The notes: a model not told the origin generated them from the sequence alone. DNA of 64,000 nucleotides from an uncultured Gemmatimonadales bacterium (GCA_963748815.1 CAVVKJ010000011.1:45598-109597); one strand, 5' to 3'. Shown: positions 33,108-45,096, numbered from the stretch's first letter. Made by a program: numbers and translations.

Positions 33108-33125
33108 CGCTCTGGAACCGGGCTC

Positions 33126-33314
33126 ACACGAAGCCACGAAGGACACGAAGGAACTGGCGACCCGCGTCGCCCCTCTCCACATGGTGGAGAGGGGGACAGG
33201 GGGTGAGGGGTAGAAAAGCGGTGCAACGGGGCCGAAGCGCACAACCTCGTCATTCCCGCGCAAGCGGGAATCCAGAGGCCGACTCACTGGACCCCCGCTT
33301 TCGCGGGGGTGACG
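33126..33314. repeat. Cluster of short repeats and hairpins
   Basis: CACGAAG x3 (33126-33150); CCCCTCTCCAC-ATG-GTGGAGAGGGG (33170-33194); inverted REP-like doublet 33249-33274 / 33288-33314. Confidence 0.8.
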
Positions 33315-33326
33315 GCGACTCCTTAC

Positions 33327-33379
33327 TTGACGAAAGGGGCACATTCGCACTATCTTATTATCCGGCTGAAAGGATAATA
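33327..33379 (+). promoter_or_regulatory. sahR-ahcY promoter with overlapping operator
   Basis: TTGACG-18nt-TATCTT; perfect TATTATCC-N8-GGATAATA at 33356-33379. Confidence 0.7.
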
Positions 33380-34368
33380 CATAGTGCCTGCCGTGCTCGA
33401 CCGTCTCAGTGCCCTCGCCGACCTCACCCGGAGCCGCCTGCTCCTGGTGCTGGAGCGGGACGCCCTCACGGTCGGCGAACTCTGTCGGGTGCTGCGGCTC
33501 CCGCAGTCCACGGTCAGCCGGCACCTGAAGCTGCTGGCCGACGAGGGATGGGTGGCGGTCCGCGCCGAGGGCACCAGCAACCGGTATCGGGCGGCCCTGC
33601 GGGACCTCGATCCGGGGGCCCGGCAGCTCTGGCAGCTGGTGAGCGGCGAGATCGCCGAGGCCCCCGCCGCCAAACAGGACGCGACCCGGCTCCGCAGTGT
33701 GCTCGCCGAGCGGAGCACCAGGTCGCGCGAATTCTTCGCGACGTCGGCGGGTCAGTGGGACAAGCTCAGGAGCGACTTGTTCGGCAGCCGCGCCGAACTG
33801 GCCGCCCTCCCTGCCCTGCTCGACGACACATGGGCGGTGGGCGACCTCGGCTGCGGCACCGGACAGGTGGCGGCGTCGCTGGCGCCGTTCGTCCGGCTGG
33901 TCGTGGCGGTGGACGGCTCGGCGCCGATGCTCACGGCGGCCCGCAAGCGCCTCGCCTCGTTCCGCAACGTGGAACTCCACCGCGGTGATCTCGAGGCGCT
34001 GCCGCTGGAAGACGCCTCGCTCGATGCGGCGGTGATTTCCCTGGCGCTGCACCTGGCGCCGGAACCGGCCCGGGTCCTGGCCGAGGCGGCGCGGGTGCTG
34101 AAACCGGGCGGCAAGCTGTTGATCGTGGACATGATGCCGCACGACCGGACCGACTTCATCGAATCGATGGGTCATCTCTGGCCGGGATTCGATGCCGAAG
34201 CAATCAGCACCTGGGGACGCGACGCCGGCTTCGCGTCCATCACTTACCACCCCCTTCCCGCCGATCCGGCGGCGAAGGGACCGACACTATTCGCCGCGGT
34301 AGCGTCCGCCGCGGATACTGACAATCGACCGACTTTCCCGCTTCCCCGCTTCCACGCCGAGGTTCGTC

Positions 34369-35856
<1,488 letters not shown>

Positions 35857-35897
35857 GACGCGCCGCGGGGCGCCCGTCCACCGGGACCTGGACGCAA

Positions 35898-35930
35898 CGA
35901 GGGCGGCCGCTGGGGCCGCCCTCGCTCGTT
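35898..35930 (+). terminator. Hairpin after ahcY
   Basis: CGAGGGCGGCC-GCTGG-GGCCGCCCTCG; weak U tail. Confidence 0.45.
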
Positions 35931-36002
35931 CGGAGGGCGGGTTACGGCCCGTCGACCCCCGGCGTATTATTCGAGCGACGATCCATTCACCCCCGGGGAC
36001 CC

Positions 36003-36581
36003 ATGCGCCGCTTCTTCCTGCCGCTTGCCGCCGTCGCGCTCTTCGCCTGCGGCCCATCCATCACCGTCACCCAGGATCCGGCCATTCCGATGCCCGGCGC
36101 CGCCACCTACGTGTGGGGTCCGCCCCCGCAGAACGTCCCCAACGCCGAGGGGGTCGTGGCGCAGAGCCCCGTCATCCACCAGCGTGTCAAGACGGCCATC
36201 GACACGGAGCTCAAGGCGAAGGGCTACCGGCTGACCGATTCCGCCCAGGCCGCGTTCGTGGTCCGGTTTGCGGTGGGGTCAAAGGTCGAGCAGACCCAGG
36301 TCACGAACAACGCCTCCACCGGGTCCGGCGTCGTCAATTCCAACGCCTGCGGCGGCGCCTCCTGCTGGAGCGGCTGGGACTACGGCTGGTATGGCACCCA
36401 GACCACCGACGTCCAGCAACGGCAGTCGGGCGTGGTGGTGGACCTGCTCGACCTGAAGACCAGTACCCTCGCGTGGCGCGGCATCTACAAGCACGACGCG
36501 ACCGGCAAGGTGCCCACGCAGGAGGCGGTCCAGAAGGCCGTGAACGAACTGTTCAAGAAACTTCCGGTGGCCGGGAAGTAG
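36003..36581 (+). CDS. DUF4136 family lipoprotein
   Basis: Lipobox LFAC, LKAKGY, VVDLLD..LAWRG. Confidence 0.85.
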   Translation: MRRFFLPLAAVALFACGPSITVTQDPAIPMPGAATYVWGPPPQNVPNAEGVVAQSPVIHQRVKTAIDTELKAKGYRLTDSAQAAFVVRFAVGSKVEQTQVTNNASTGSGVVNSNACGGASCWSGWDYGWYGTQTTDVQQRQSGVVVDLLDLKTSTLAWRGIYKHDATGKVPTQEAVQKAVNELFKKLPVAGK

Positions 36582-36612
36582 ATCGCCGTCACCCCCATTC
36601 TCTGGAGTCGTC

Positions 36613-37185
36613 ATGTCATTCCGCCCACTGACCCTCGCCGGCGCCGTGCTGCTGGTCTCCTGCGGCCCGTCGATCACCAGCCAGGTCAACCCGAATTTCA
36701 GCACGATCCCTGCCGGAGCCACCTACGCCTGGGTCGGGACCGACAACGTGAACGGCGGCGACCCGGTCGTCTCCAATGAAATCGTCCATTCGATGATCAA
36801 GCAGTCCATCCAGACGCAGATGGCCGCGAAGGGCTACAAGCTGGTGGCCGACAACGCCGACGCGAAGTTCTACGTCCGGTACTACTTCGGCACCCAGACC
36901 CAGACCAGCTACGTGACCACCACCACCGGTGGCGGGTACGGCCCGGGGTGGGGGTACGGCTGGGGCTACGGCGGGATGGGCATGTCCACCACGCAGCCGG
37001 TGGAAACCACCCAGGGCAACGCGATCATCGACCTTGTCCAGATGGGCACCAACGATCTCGTCTGGCGCGGCACGAAGACCGGCGACATCAGCAACAAGGC
37101 ACCGACCCAGCAGAAGGTGGATCAGTCCGCCGCTCAGATCATGGCGGGCATGCCCTCCGCCGGTCCGCCACCCGCGAAGAAATAG
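36613..37185 (+). CDS. DUF4136 family lipoprotein (tandem paralog)
   Basis: Lipobox LVSC, MAAKGY, GWGYGWG, IIDLV..LVWRG. Confidence 0.85.
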   Translation: MSFRPLTLAGAVLLVSCGPSITSQVNPNFSTIPAGATYAWVGTDNVNGGDPVVSNEIVHSMIKQSIQTQMAAKGYKLVADNADAKFYVRYYFGTQTQTSYVTTTTGGGYGPGWGYGWGYGGMGMSTTQPVETTQGNAIIDLVQMGTNDLVWRGTKTGDISNKAPTQQKVDQSAAQIMAGMPSAGPPPAKK

Positions 37186-37203
37186 TCCAGTCCACTGGAT
37201 GCG

Positions 37204-37236
37204 AAACGGGCCCGCGCGATCTGCGCGGGCCCGTTT
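37204..37236. terminator. Bidirectional terminator
   Basis: AAACGGGCCCGCGC-GATCT-GCGCGGGCCCGTTT between convergent genes. Confidence 0.75.
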
Positions 37237-37241
37237 GCCGT

Positions 37242-38765
37242 TCAGGGTGTCGAAGGCGCGGGTTTCGGTCCGGCTGATGTCGGGCGGGCCGGTGCCGAGG
37301 CGGCGGGAGTGGAATCGGGTGGCGCCGTGCCGCCGGGATCGAGGGTGAAGATCATCGACCCCTGACCCTTCACGATCACGCGCGCCACGAGGGCGTCGGA
37401 GGCGGCCCACACGCCGACGGGCACCGCGCTCGTCAGGGTGGTCTGGAGGGAAAGCCCCGGCACCAGTTCGCGATTCATGTTGTCCTCCGCGAGGACGCGC
37501 GCCTTCTCGATCGTGGGCGCCAGGTTGACCCTGATCGCCTCCCGGAGCTTCTCGGTCACGGCGTCGGTGCTGGCGAGCCAGGCCAGGGCGCCCGTCAGGG
37601 CGTCGGTGGTGCCCGCGTCGATGATGAGGTCGGGCATGGTGAGCACCCCTGCCGAGTCGATCTGCGGGCGACCGACGGCGTAGAGCGTGCCGTTGGCCGC
37701 CCCCGAGACCGTCAGCGCGACCACCACCCGGCCGTCGCCGAGGGGCGTTGGCTTCAGGTGGCGGATAAACATCGTGTGCTTGCCCACCTTGATCTTGGTC
37801 TTCGCGAGCGCCTTCGACAGGATGTCTTCGGCCACGTCGTAGGGGAGACGCCCTTCACTGAGAATCAGGAGCTCGGCCGGGGGCGCCTCACTCCGATCCG
37901 GGGGAAGGAGCGGATTGCTCGAGGAGTCGGGACGCGCGCCGCCGACGATGCGGGGATTCGCCTCCAGCCCCACCTGGAAGAGCAGCGTGTCGCCCGCCGC
38001 CGTCGGGGGGAGGAAGCGCATCGACACCGGGTTGATCAACAGCCAGAGGCTGTCCGTCAACCGGAGGGGCTTCTGGATGGTGCCCCACACGGCTTCGACG
38101 TTGGCACGAAGCGGGAAGGCTGCGAGTTTCTTGTCCACCTTGATGAGCTCACCCTGGAGCGCCCCTTCCGCCGCCGAAAGCACCTTCTCCGTGACGTCGA
38201 TGTGCGCGGCCGTCACCTCGCACTGGTCCCGCTCGGTGTCGGTCAGGGGAGATGCATGGACGACCGATTTGGTGCGGAACATCCAATTGTCCTCAATGCG
38301 CGCCGTGACCTTCAGCGTGACCCGGGCGCGCGGCTGCGCGTCGCCCTCCCCGGTGCCGCAGGAGGCGCTCACCTCCGGGATGATCGGCGCATTGTACCAC
38401 CCGCGGCCCTGGTAGTGCAGCACCGCAGACATCGTGACCGTCCGGCCCTCGATGCCGAGATGGAAGGGTTCGCGCATGATCTGGTAGGCGATGTGCAGCC
38501 GGTCGTTTCCCTTGACGGCGAGCTTCTCATCGATGTTGCCGATGGTGCCCGGCACCTCCGCCTCGAGCCACTCGAGCCCCGGCGTGAGGTCGTAGCGGAC
38601 CGGGATCTCGAGCCGCGACGGCGGCACCGGCGGTAATGACTCCTCAACCACGCCGGTCACCAGTACGGGTGGCGGGGCTTCGAAGCTGTCGCCGCCGCAC
38701 GACACGGTGGTGAGGAGGAGGGCGGCGGCAACGGCAGCGGGTAACAGCCGGGTGGGGTTGGTCAT
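37242..38765 (-). CDS. DUF4403 family lipoprotein
   Basis: Lipobox TVSC; SRLEIPVRY, VWGTIQKPLRL..LWLLINP. Confidence 0.7.
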   Translation of the reverse strand: MTNPTRLLPAAVAAALLLTTVSCGGDSFEAPPPVLVTGVVEESLPPVPPSRLEIPVRYDLTPGLEWLEAEVPGTIGNIDEKLAVKGNDRLHIAYQIMREPFHLGIEGRTVTMSAVLHYQGRGWYNAPIIPEVSASCGTGEGDAQPRARVTLKVTARIEDNWMFRTKSVVHASPLTDTERDQCEVTAAHIDVTEKVLSAAEGALQGELIKVDKKLAAFPLRANVEAVWGTIQKPLRLTDSLWLLINPVSMRFLPPTAAGDTLLFQVGLEANPRIVGGARPDSSSNPLLPPDRSEAPPAELLILSEGRLPYDVAEDILSKALAKTKIKVGKHTMFIRHLKPTPLGDGRVVVALTVSGAANGTLYAVGRPQIDSAGVLTMPDLIIDAGTTDALTGALAWLASTDAVTEKLREAIRVNLAPTIEKARVLAEDNMNRELVPGLSLQTTLTSAVPVGVWAASDALVARVIVKGQGSMIFTLDPGGTAPPDSTPAASAPARPTSAGPKPAPSTP

Positions 38766-38847
38766 GCCCGAAAGGTACGCTTGGGATGACAGTCCGGGAG
38801 GGGCTGGCTAGGTTCCAAGCTGGCATCCCCCCACTGGAGATACGACC

Positions 38848-40827
38848 ATGGCGTTCGTGATTCGCCGCCTGCACCTCGCACCGCTCCTCGCCACCGGCCT
38901 CGTGGCCGCCTGCGCCTCCAGCACGCCGTCGGCCACCCCGGTACCGGCGGCGGTCCCAGCGGCGGTGGTCCAGGAACGCCCCGTGCCCTACCCGATGGAG
39001 GAATCGGCGTGGTTCCGGCGGGCCGTGACCAACGAGACCCGGACCCGCACCGGCGTCCCCGGCGCCAAGTACTGGCAGCAGTGGTCCAAGTACGACCTGG
39101 CCGCCACCTACGACCCCGCCAGCGGCCGACTCACCGGCACCGGCACCATCCGCTACTACAACCGCTCCCCCCGGCAACTCACCACCGTCTACGTCCACCT
39201 GCACGACAATCTCTTTGGCGACAGCGCGGTGCGGAACGAGACGGTGCCGATCACCGGCGGGGTCGCCCTGTCACGCGTGGCGGTGCGGGGCGTCGACGTG
39301 CCCGAGGCGACCGGCAAGGCCCGGGGCTACAAGGTCAACAGCACCGTGATGTCGGTGCCGGTGTCCCCCGCCCTGGCCGCCGGCGACAGCGTGGACCTCG
39401 CCTTCAGCTGGAGCCTCACGGTGCCGCCGGACGGCGCCCCGCGCGGCGGCCGCACGCCGGACCTCGCCTTCATCAGCTACTGGTACCCGCAGATGGCCGT
39501 GTACGACGACGTGGTCGGCTGGCAGAACGATCCCTACATGGGGAACGCCGAGTTCTACATGGGCTACGGGACCTATGACGTGGCGCTCACCGTGCCGGCC
39601 GGCTACCTGATCGGCTCCACCGGAAGCCTGGTCAACCACGCGGAGGTGCTCCCGCCCGCCATCATCCAGCGGGTGGGGATGGCGCTCACCTCGGACACGG
39701 TGGTGCACATCGTGACCGAGGCCGACCGCGGCGCCGGCACCGCCACGCTGACCGGCCCCTCACTGACCTGGCGGTTCCACGCCGACACCGTGCGCGACTT
39801 CGCCTGGGGGGTGTCCGACAAGTACGTGATGGACGCGGCCCGCGCCAACGTCGGCGACCGCGACGGGAACGGCACGCCGGACTACACCCTGATCCACACC
39901 TTCTGGATTCCCGGCAACGCCGCATCGAAGTGGGCGGAGGACGCCCGCTACGCCCGGCATTCGATCGAGTTCCTCTCCGGTTATCTCTGGCCCTATCCCT
40001 GGCCGGTGGCGACCGCGATGCAGGGGCCGGAGTCCTGCGGCGGGATGGAATACCCGATGATCACCTGCATCGGCGGGTTCCAGCCCGACAGCTTCGCGCT
40101 CTATGGCGTCACGGTGCACGAGCTGGCGCACATGTGGTTCCCGATGCAGGTGGGCTCGGACGAAAAGCGCCACGCCTGGCAGGATGAGGGGCTGACGGAA
40201 TTCAACGGCTTGCAGGGCGAGGGAGACTTCTTCCCGGGCCGCGACGCCGAGGCGCAGGACCGGGGCATGTACGGGCAGGTGGCGCACATGGGGCTCGAGG
40301 AGCCGATGATGCGGCACGGCGACCGGTACGACACCGGGATCGGGTACGGCGTGGCGAGCTACATGAAGCCCGCCAACATCCTGATGATGCTCCGCGGCAT
40401 GCTGGGGCCGGACCTCTTCCTGCAGGCGTATCGGACCTATGGCGCCCGCTGGCAGTACCGGCACCCGACGCCCTGGGACCTCTTCTACAGTTTCGAGGAC
40501 GTGACCGGCCAGGACCTCGGCTGGTTCTGGCGCACCTGGTTCTGGGAGACGTGGACCATCGACCAGTCGGTGGGCAGCGTGACCGCCGGGCCGGACGGCA
40601 CCACCATCGTCATCGTCGACAAGGGGCTGGCACCGATGCCCGGCGAGGTGAAGGTGACGCGGAGCGACAGCACTGCCGTCCTCGAGAAAATTCCGGTCAA
40701 GTACTGGCTGGACGGCCACGCGAGCTACACCTTCAGGGTGACCGGCGCGCCGGTCGTCCGGGTCGAAGTGGATCCGGAGCAGAAACTCTCCGACGTGGAC
40801 CGGAAGAACAACAGCTGGAGTCCGTGA
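38848..40827 (+). CDS. M1 family metallopeptidase (lipoprotein)
   Basis: VAAC lipobox, YWQQ, GGMEYP, HELAHMW...DEG. Confidence 0.93.
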   Translation: MAFVIRRLHLAPLLATGLVAACASSTPSATPVPAAVPAAVVQERPVPYPMEESAWFRRAVTNETRTRTGVPGAKYWQQWSKYDLAATYDPASGRLTGTGTIRYYNRSPRQLTTVYVHLHDNLFGDSAVRNETVPITGGVALSRVAVRGVDVPEATGKARGYKVNSTVMSVPVSPALAAGDSVDLAFSWSLTVPPDGAPRGGRTPDLAFISYWYPQMAVYDDVVGWQNDPYMGNAEFYMGYGTYDVALTVPAGYLIGSTGSLVNHAEVLPPAIIQRVGMALTSDTVVHIVTEADRGAGTATLTGPSLTWRFHADTVRDFAWGVSDKYVMDAARANVGDRDGNGTPDYTLIHTFWIPGNAASKWAEDARYARHSIEFLSGYLWPYPWPVATAMQGPESCGGMEYPMITCIGGFQPDSFALYGVTVHELAHMWFPMQVGSDEKRHAWQDEGLTEFNGLQGEGDFFPGRDAEAQDRGMYGQVAHMGLEEPMMRHGDRYDTGIGYGVASYMKPANILMMLRGMLGPDLFLQAYRTYGARWQYRHPTPWDLFYSFEDVTGQDLGWFWRTWFWETWTIDQSVGSVTAGPDGTTIVIVDKGLAPMPGEVKVTRSDSTAVLEKIPVKYWLDGHASYTFRVTGAPVVRVEVDPEQKLSDVDRKNNSWSP

Positions 40828-42467
40828 CGCGACGATCGCTGCCGGCATTTCTCGGCGCGTGCCTCCTGCTGGCCGCGCCGATGGCGGCCCAGGACGCGGG
40901 CGGGGTGGCCGAGTCCATCCGCGTCCGCGTCGACGCGCTCCAACTGTCCGGTGGGGACGTGACGGTGCTCAGCGTGCGGCTCCAGACCGGCAACATTCTC
41001 TCCCAATTCTATGCCGCCCGGAACTACCAGCCGGCGTGGACGGCGCCCGCCCGGGTCGACGCGCTGCTGCAGGCCATCGCGGCGGCGCGGGATGACGGGC
41101 TGGAGCCGCGCGACTATTTCCTCGAGACGCTCCAACGACTGGCGCCCTTCGCGCTGGGCCCGACCTCGTCGCCCACACTCCGCGCCGACTTCGACCTCCT
41201 GGCCACCGAGGCGCTGATTCGCCTCTGGGCCTCGCTCACCGTGGGCAAGGTCGATCCTGCCACCCTCGACACCACCTGGCACATTCCGGTCGCACCGCTC
41301 CCTCCCGACGGCGCGGCCACCCTGGAGATGATCGCCTCCTCGGACACCCTGGGAGGGGCAGTCGCGGCACTGGCCCCGCGCCACCCGCTCTACCTCCGCC
41401 TGCGAGGCGAACTCGCCCGCTACCGGGAGCTGGAGGCCACGGGCGGATGGGAGCGGGTTGTCGGCGGGCCGAATCTCGAGGCGGGAGACATCGACCCGCG
41501 CGTCCCCCCACTGCGGCGACGACTCGCCACCTCCGGGGACCTCGACCCGACCGACGCCACCGACACCAGCGACGTGTTCACCCCCCACCTCGCCTCGGCG
41601 CTGGTCCGCTTCCAGTCGCGTCACGGCCTCTACCCCGACGGCGTCCTCGGCGCGCGCACGCTGGCCGAACTGAACGTGCCGGTGTCCGCCCGGATCGAGG
41701 CGCTGCGGGTCAATCTCGAGCGGGGGCGGTGGGTCCTGCGGGAGCTCGGCGGGACGTTCGTGGCGGTGAACATCGCGGGATTCGAGTCGTACTTCGTCCG
41801 ACGCGACACCCTCGTGTGGCGAGCATCCTCCATCGTGGGGCAGCCCTTCCGGCAGACGCCGGAGTTCCGCGCCACGATGACCTACCTCGTGGTCAATCCG
41901 ACCTGGACGGTGCCGGAGCTGCTCCTCGACGAGGATGTCTTTCCCGCGGTCCGCCGCGACTCGAACTATCTCGCGGCGCACGCCATGGAGGTCCTCGACC
42001 GGCAGGGCGCGTCGGTCGACCCCGCGACGATCGACTGGAACTGGTACCGGGGGCGGAGCTTCCCCTATCGCATCGTCCAGGCGCCGGGCGGCAGCAACCC
42101 GCTGGGCCGGATCAAGTTCATGTTTCCGAATCCCTACGCGGTGTATCTCCACGACACGCCGGCGCGAGAGCTCTTTCGAAAGCCGCAGCGCACCTTCAGC
42201 TCGGGCTGCATCCGGATCGAGCATCCGCTGACGTTGGCGGAACTCCTCCTCGAGGGGTCCCGGTGGACTCCCTCGACGCTCGACAGCGTCGTGGCCGCCG
42301 GCGCCGAGCGAACCATTTCCCTCCCGCGCGGCATTCCCGTGGTGGTGCTCTACTGGACCGCGTGGTCGGCGGAGGACGGCACGGCCAACTTCCGGTCCGA
42401 TGTCTACCAGCGTGACGCCGCGGTCCTCCGCGCCCTCGACGCCCCGTTTCACTTCCGGAGCCCATGA
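40824..42467 (+). CDS. L,D-transpeptidase (YcbB/LdtD type) with PG-binding domain
   Basis: FQSRHGL..DG, VNPTWTVP, NPLGRIKFMFPN, YLHDTP...SSGCIR; GTG overlaps upstream stop. Confidence 0.93.
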   Translation: MTRRSLPAFLGACLLLAAPMAAQDAGGVAESIRVRVDALQLSGGDVTVLSVRLQTGNILSQFYAARNYQPAWTAPARVDALLQAIAAARDDGLEPRDYFLETLQRLAPFALGPTSSPTLRADFDLLATEALIRLWASLTVGKVDPATLDTTWHIPVAPLPPDGAATLEMIASSDTLGGAVAALAPRHPLYLRLRGELARYRELEATGGWERVVGGPNLEAGDIDPRVPPLRRRLATSGDLDPTDATDTSDVFTPHLASALVRFQSRHGLYPDGVLGARTLAELNVPVSARIEALRVNLERGRWVLRELGGTFVAVNIAGFESYFVRRDTLVWRASSIVGQPFRQTPEFRATMTYLVVNPTWTVPELLLDEDVFPAVRRDSNYLAAHAMEVLDRQGASVDPATIDWNWYRGRSFPYRIVQAPGGSNPLGRIKFMFPNPYAVYLHDTPARELFRKPQRTFSSGCIRIEHPLTLAELLLEGSRWTPSTLDSVVAAGAERTISLPRGIPVVVLYWTAWSAEDGTANFRSDVYQRDAAVLRALDAPFHFRSP

Positions 42468-43423
42468 TGCGCTGCTTCGCTCGTTCGGTGTCCCTCCCCT
42501 GGCTGCTGGCAGCGCTCGCCGGTTGCGCCACCGCCCCGGTCGCCCTCACCGCCCCCCCGGCCGCACCGAAGCCCGACGCGACCCTGCAGGCACGGCTCGA
42601 GCAGGCGGTGCAGGGATTCCACGGTGACGTCGGCGTCTACGTCCGCAACCTCCGCACCGGGCAGACGGCGGCCATCCGGCCGGACGAACTCTTCCCGACG
42701 GCGAGCATGATCAAGGTGCCGATCCTGCTGACCACCTTCCAGGCGATGGAGGACGGCACGCTCGACTTTCATCAGGCGCTCACCTATACCGACTCGCTCG
42801 CCTATTCCGAGGAAGACGACCTCCTCGCGCTGCTCCAGGACAGCAGCCGCATCGAACTGTCGAAGGTCGCGATGCTGATGATCACCATGAGCGACAACAC
42901 GGCGTCGCTCTGGCTGCAGGCGCTGGCCGGCACCGGGGTGCAGATCAACGCATGGCTGACCCAGCACGGGTTTGACTCGACGCGGATGAATTCGCGGACC
43001 CCAGGGCGGCAGGACAACTGGAAAGCGTACGGGTGGGGGCAGACGACGCCGAGGGAGATGGCGGAATTGCTGGTGCTGATCCGGGAGCAGAGAGCGGTGA
43101 GCCCCGCCGCGGATCAGCAGATGTACCGGATCTTGACGCGGAGCTACTGGAACGGCGAGGCGCTGAGCCAGCTTCCGCCGTGGGTGCAGGCGGCGTCGAA
43201 GCAGGGCGCGGTGGACCGCTCGCGCTCCGAGGTGGTGCTCGTGAACGCCCCGGCGGGCGACTACGTGTTCTGCGTGATTACCAAGAACCAGGAAGACGAG
43301 AGCTGGGTGGCGTCCAACGAGGGGTATGTGCTGCTGCGGAAGGTCTCGGCGCTGCTCTGGACGTACTTCGAGCCAAACACGCCGTGGACCCCGGCGGTGG
43401 GCGCCGCGCGCTTTACTCCCTGA
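42464..43423 (+). CDS. Serine hydrolase, class A beta-lactamase-like lipoprotein
   Basis: LAGC lipobox, ASMIK (SxxK), SDN, KQG. Confidence 0.88.
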   Translation: MMRCFARSVSLPWLLAALAGCATAPVALTAPPAAPKPDATLQARLEQAVQGFHGDVGVYVRNLRTGQTAAIRPDELFPTASMIKVPILLTTFQAMEDGTLDFHQALTYTDSLAYSEEDDLLALLQDSSRIELSKVAMLMITMSDNTASLWLQALAGTGVQINAWLTQHGFDSTRMNSRTPGRQDNWKAYGWGQTTPREMAELLVLIREQRAVSPAADQQMYRILTRSYWNGEALSQLPPWVQAASKQGAVDRSRSEVVLVNAPAGDYVFCVITKNQEDESWVASNEGYVLLRKVSALLWTYFEPNTPWTPAVGAARFTP

Positions 43424-43441
43424 GCGCGGCGCCCCACCGGC

Positions 43442-44170
43442 TTACTGCGCGACCGCCAGCGCGAAGTTGCTGCTGGTGATCGTCACGACGACTCCCTTGG
43501 CCGAGGCCGTCAGCACCTTCTTCAAGGGAAAGCTGACGCCGTTGGCCAGGGTGGTGAACCCGACGTCCAGCATGACCTTGGCGCTGGGGTCGTTCAGCCA
43601 GGTGGCGATGGTCAGGGAGCCCAGGTGGTGGTCTTCATTGTACACCACGATGGCGACGGCGTCGCCCTGCTCGACGTAGTTGCTGACCGTCACCTTGTAG
43701 GTGTTGTTCGAGGGGTTCGGCGCTACCGCCACGTCACCCCGCTGCTGCGCCTTCTGCACCAGCTCCTGCTGCGGCGGCACGTACCTGGCCACCAGCGTCT
43801 TCACGCTGTCCATGTAGGCCTTGAGGTCGTCGATCTTCCCTTTCGCGATCTTCTTCCGGAGCGGCCCACGCACCTTTTTCGGCTGCGGCGGCGCGCCGAT
43901 CTGCGTGCACTGCGGCTTGTTGTCGTTGGCGACGTACTGACACGACATGGAGTTGGTCTCCTTGACCTCGCCATTGAGCGCCAGCTCCGTGGTCTCGATC
44001 CAGGTGTACCGCCGCTGCTCCGCCGCATTCTCGGCGAGCGTCCGCTTCAGCGCCGCGACCTGCTCCGTGACGCCGCCCTGCGCATGCGCGACTGACGTCG
44101 CGGCCATCAGTGCCACCCCTACCAAGGCACCGGCGATGCTCCATGGTACGATCCGGGTCGTCGTGTTCAT
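43442..44170 (-). CDS. Hypothetical secreted protein
   Basis: Signal peptide AHA-Q; paralog of 44219..44935. Confidence 0.8.
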   Translation of the reverse strand: MNTTTRIVPWSIAGALVGVALMAATSVAHAQGGVTEQVAALKRTLAENAAEQRRYTWIETTELALNGEVKETNSMSCQYVANDNKPQCTQIGAPPQPKKVRGPLRKKIAKGKIDDLKAYMDSVKTLVARYVPPQQELVQKAQQRGDVAVAPNPSNNTYKVTVSNYVEQGDAVAIVVYNEDHHLGSLTIATWLNDPSAKVMLDVGFTTLANGVSFPLKKVLTASAKGVVVTITSSNFALAVAQ

Positions 44171-44218
44171 GTCCAAAGACCTCCAAACGATGGAGCAGGC
44201 GCTCCGTGGGCCCAGGGA

Positions 44219-44935
44219 TTATTGCGCGACGGCCAGCGCGAAGTTGGCGTCGGTGATCGTCACCACGATCTCCTTGGCAGTGGCGGTCAGGGTCTTGGTC
44301 GAGGCGAAGCTCACGCCGTTCGGCAGGGTGGTGAACGCGACGTCGAGCGTCACCGTGGCGCTGGGGTCGTTCAACCAGGTGTTGACGGCCACGTGCGCCA
44401 CCTGCTTGGTCGCCCCGTTGATGGTGATGATGACGGCGTCACCCTTCTGGATGTAGTTGCTGATGGTCAGCTTCATGGTGCCGTTCGACGGGTCCTGCGC
44501 GACGGCCACATCGCCCCGGCCCTGCGCCGCCTGGATCAGCTCCGACTTCGTGGGCACATACTGGGCGACCAGCGTCTTGACGCTGTCCATGTACTCCTTC
44601 ATCCCCTCGACCTTCGAGTCCTTGACCGACCGGCGCACCGGACCGCGCTGCTTCTGCTCTTCCGGGGGGGCGCTGGTGACGGTGCAGGTCGGCTTCGTGC
44701 CGCCGGCCATGTACTGGCAGGAGGAGGTCGACGTGGACTTCACCTCTCCCTTGTACGCGACCGCGGTCGTTTCCATCCAGGTATAGTTGCGCTGGGCGGC
44801 GGCGTTGGCGCCCATGGCGGCCTTGATGGCTTCCACTTCCTGCTGCGCTCCTGCCTGGGCCTGCGAAACCGACACGACCCCAAGGACGGCCAGGGCCGAG
44901 AGCGTCGAGCGGAGCAGCAATGTCTTGCGGTTCAT
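44219..44935 (-). CDS. Hypothetical secreted protein (tandem paralog)
   Basis: Signal peptide SQA-Q; shared YTW.ET, YMDSVKTLV..YVP, TWLNDPSA, NFALAVAQ. Confidence 0.8.
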   Translation of the reverse strand: MNRKTLLLRSTLSALAVLGVVSVSQAQAGAQQEVEAIKAAMGANAAAQRNYTWMETTAVAYKGEVKSTSTSSCQYMAGGTKPTCTVTSAPPEEQKQRGPVRRSVKDSKVEGMKEYMDSVKTLVAQYVPTKSELIQAAQGRGDVAVAQDPSNGTMKLTISNYIQKGDAVIITINGATKQVAHVAVNTWLNDPSATVTLDVAFTTLPNGVSFASTKTLTATAKEIVVTITDANFALAVAQ

Positions 44936-45029
44936 GGGACGGTTTCCTCAGAAGGGATGAAGACCAGTCAGCGCCACCAGTATACTCATAAAATCGTCGA
45001 GGAACAGCCACCTTCCATTCAGGCGGAGC

Positions 45030-45096
45030 CCTTTGCGCCTCTTCGCGACTTTGCGGTGAAGAGCTTTTGCCGCCAAGTCGCAAAGAGGCGCCAAGG
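45030..45096. repeat. Long imperfect hairpin with ~9-nt periodic arms
   Basis: CCTTTGCGCCTCTTCGCGACTTTGCGG...CCGCCAAGTCGCAAAGAGGCGCCAAGG. Confidence 0.7.

Noticed and set aside
33315..33383. SAM/SAH riboswitch before sahR-ahcY
   Set aside because: The leader is too short, no aptamer is recognisable, and an operator palindrome explains the region
42464..43423. Bona fide beta-lactam resistance gene
   Set aside because: KQG instead of KTG and no clear omega-loop Glu; only family-level similarity
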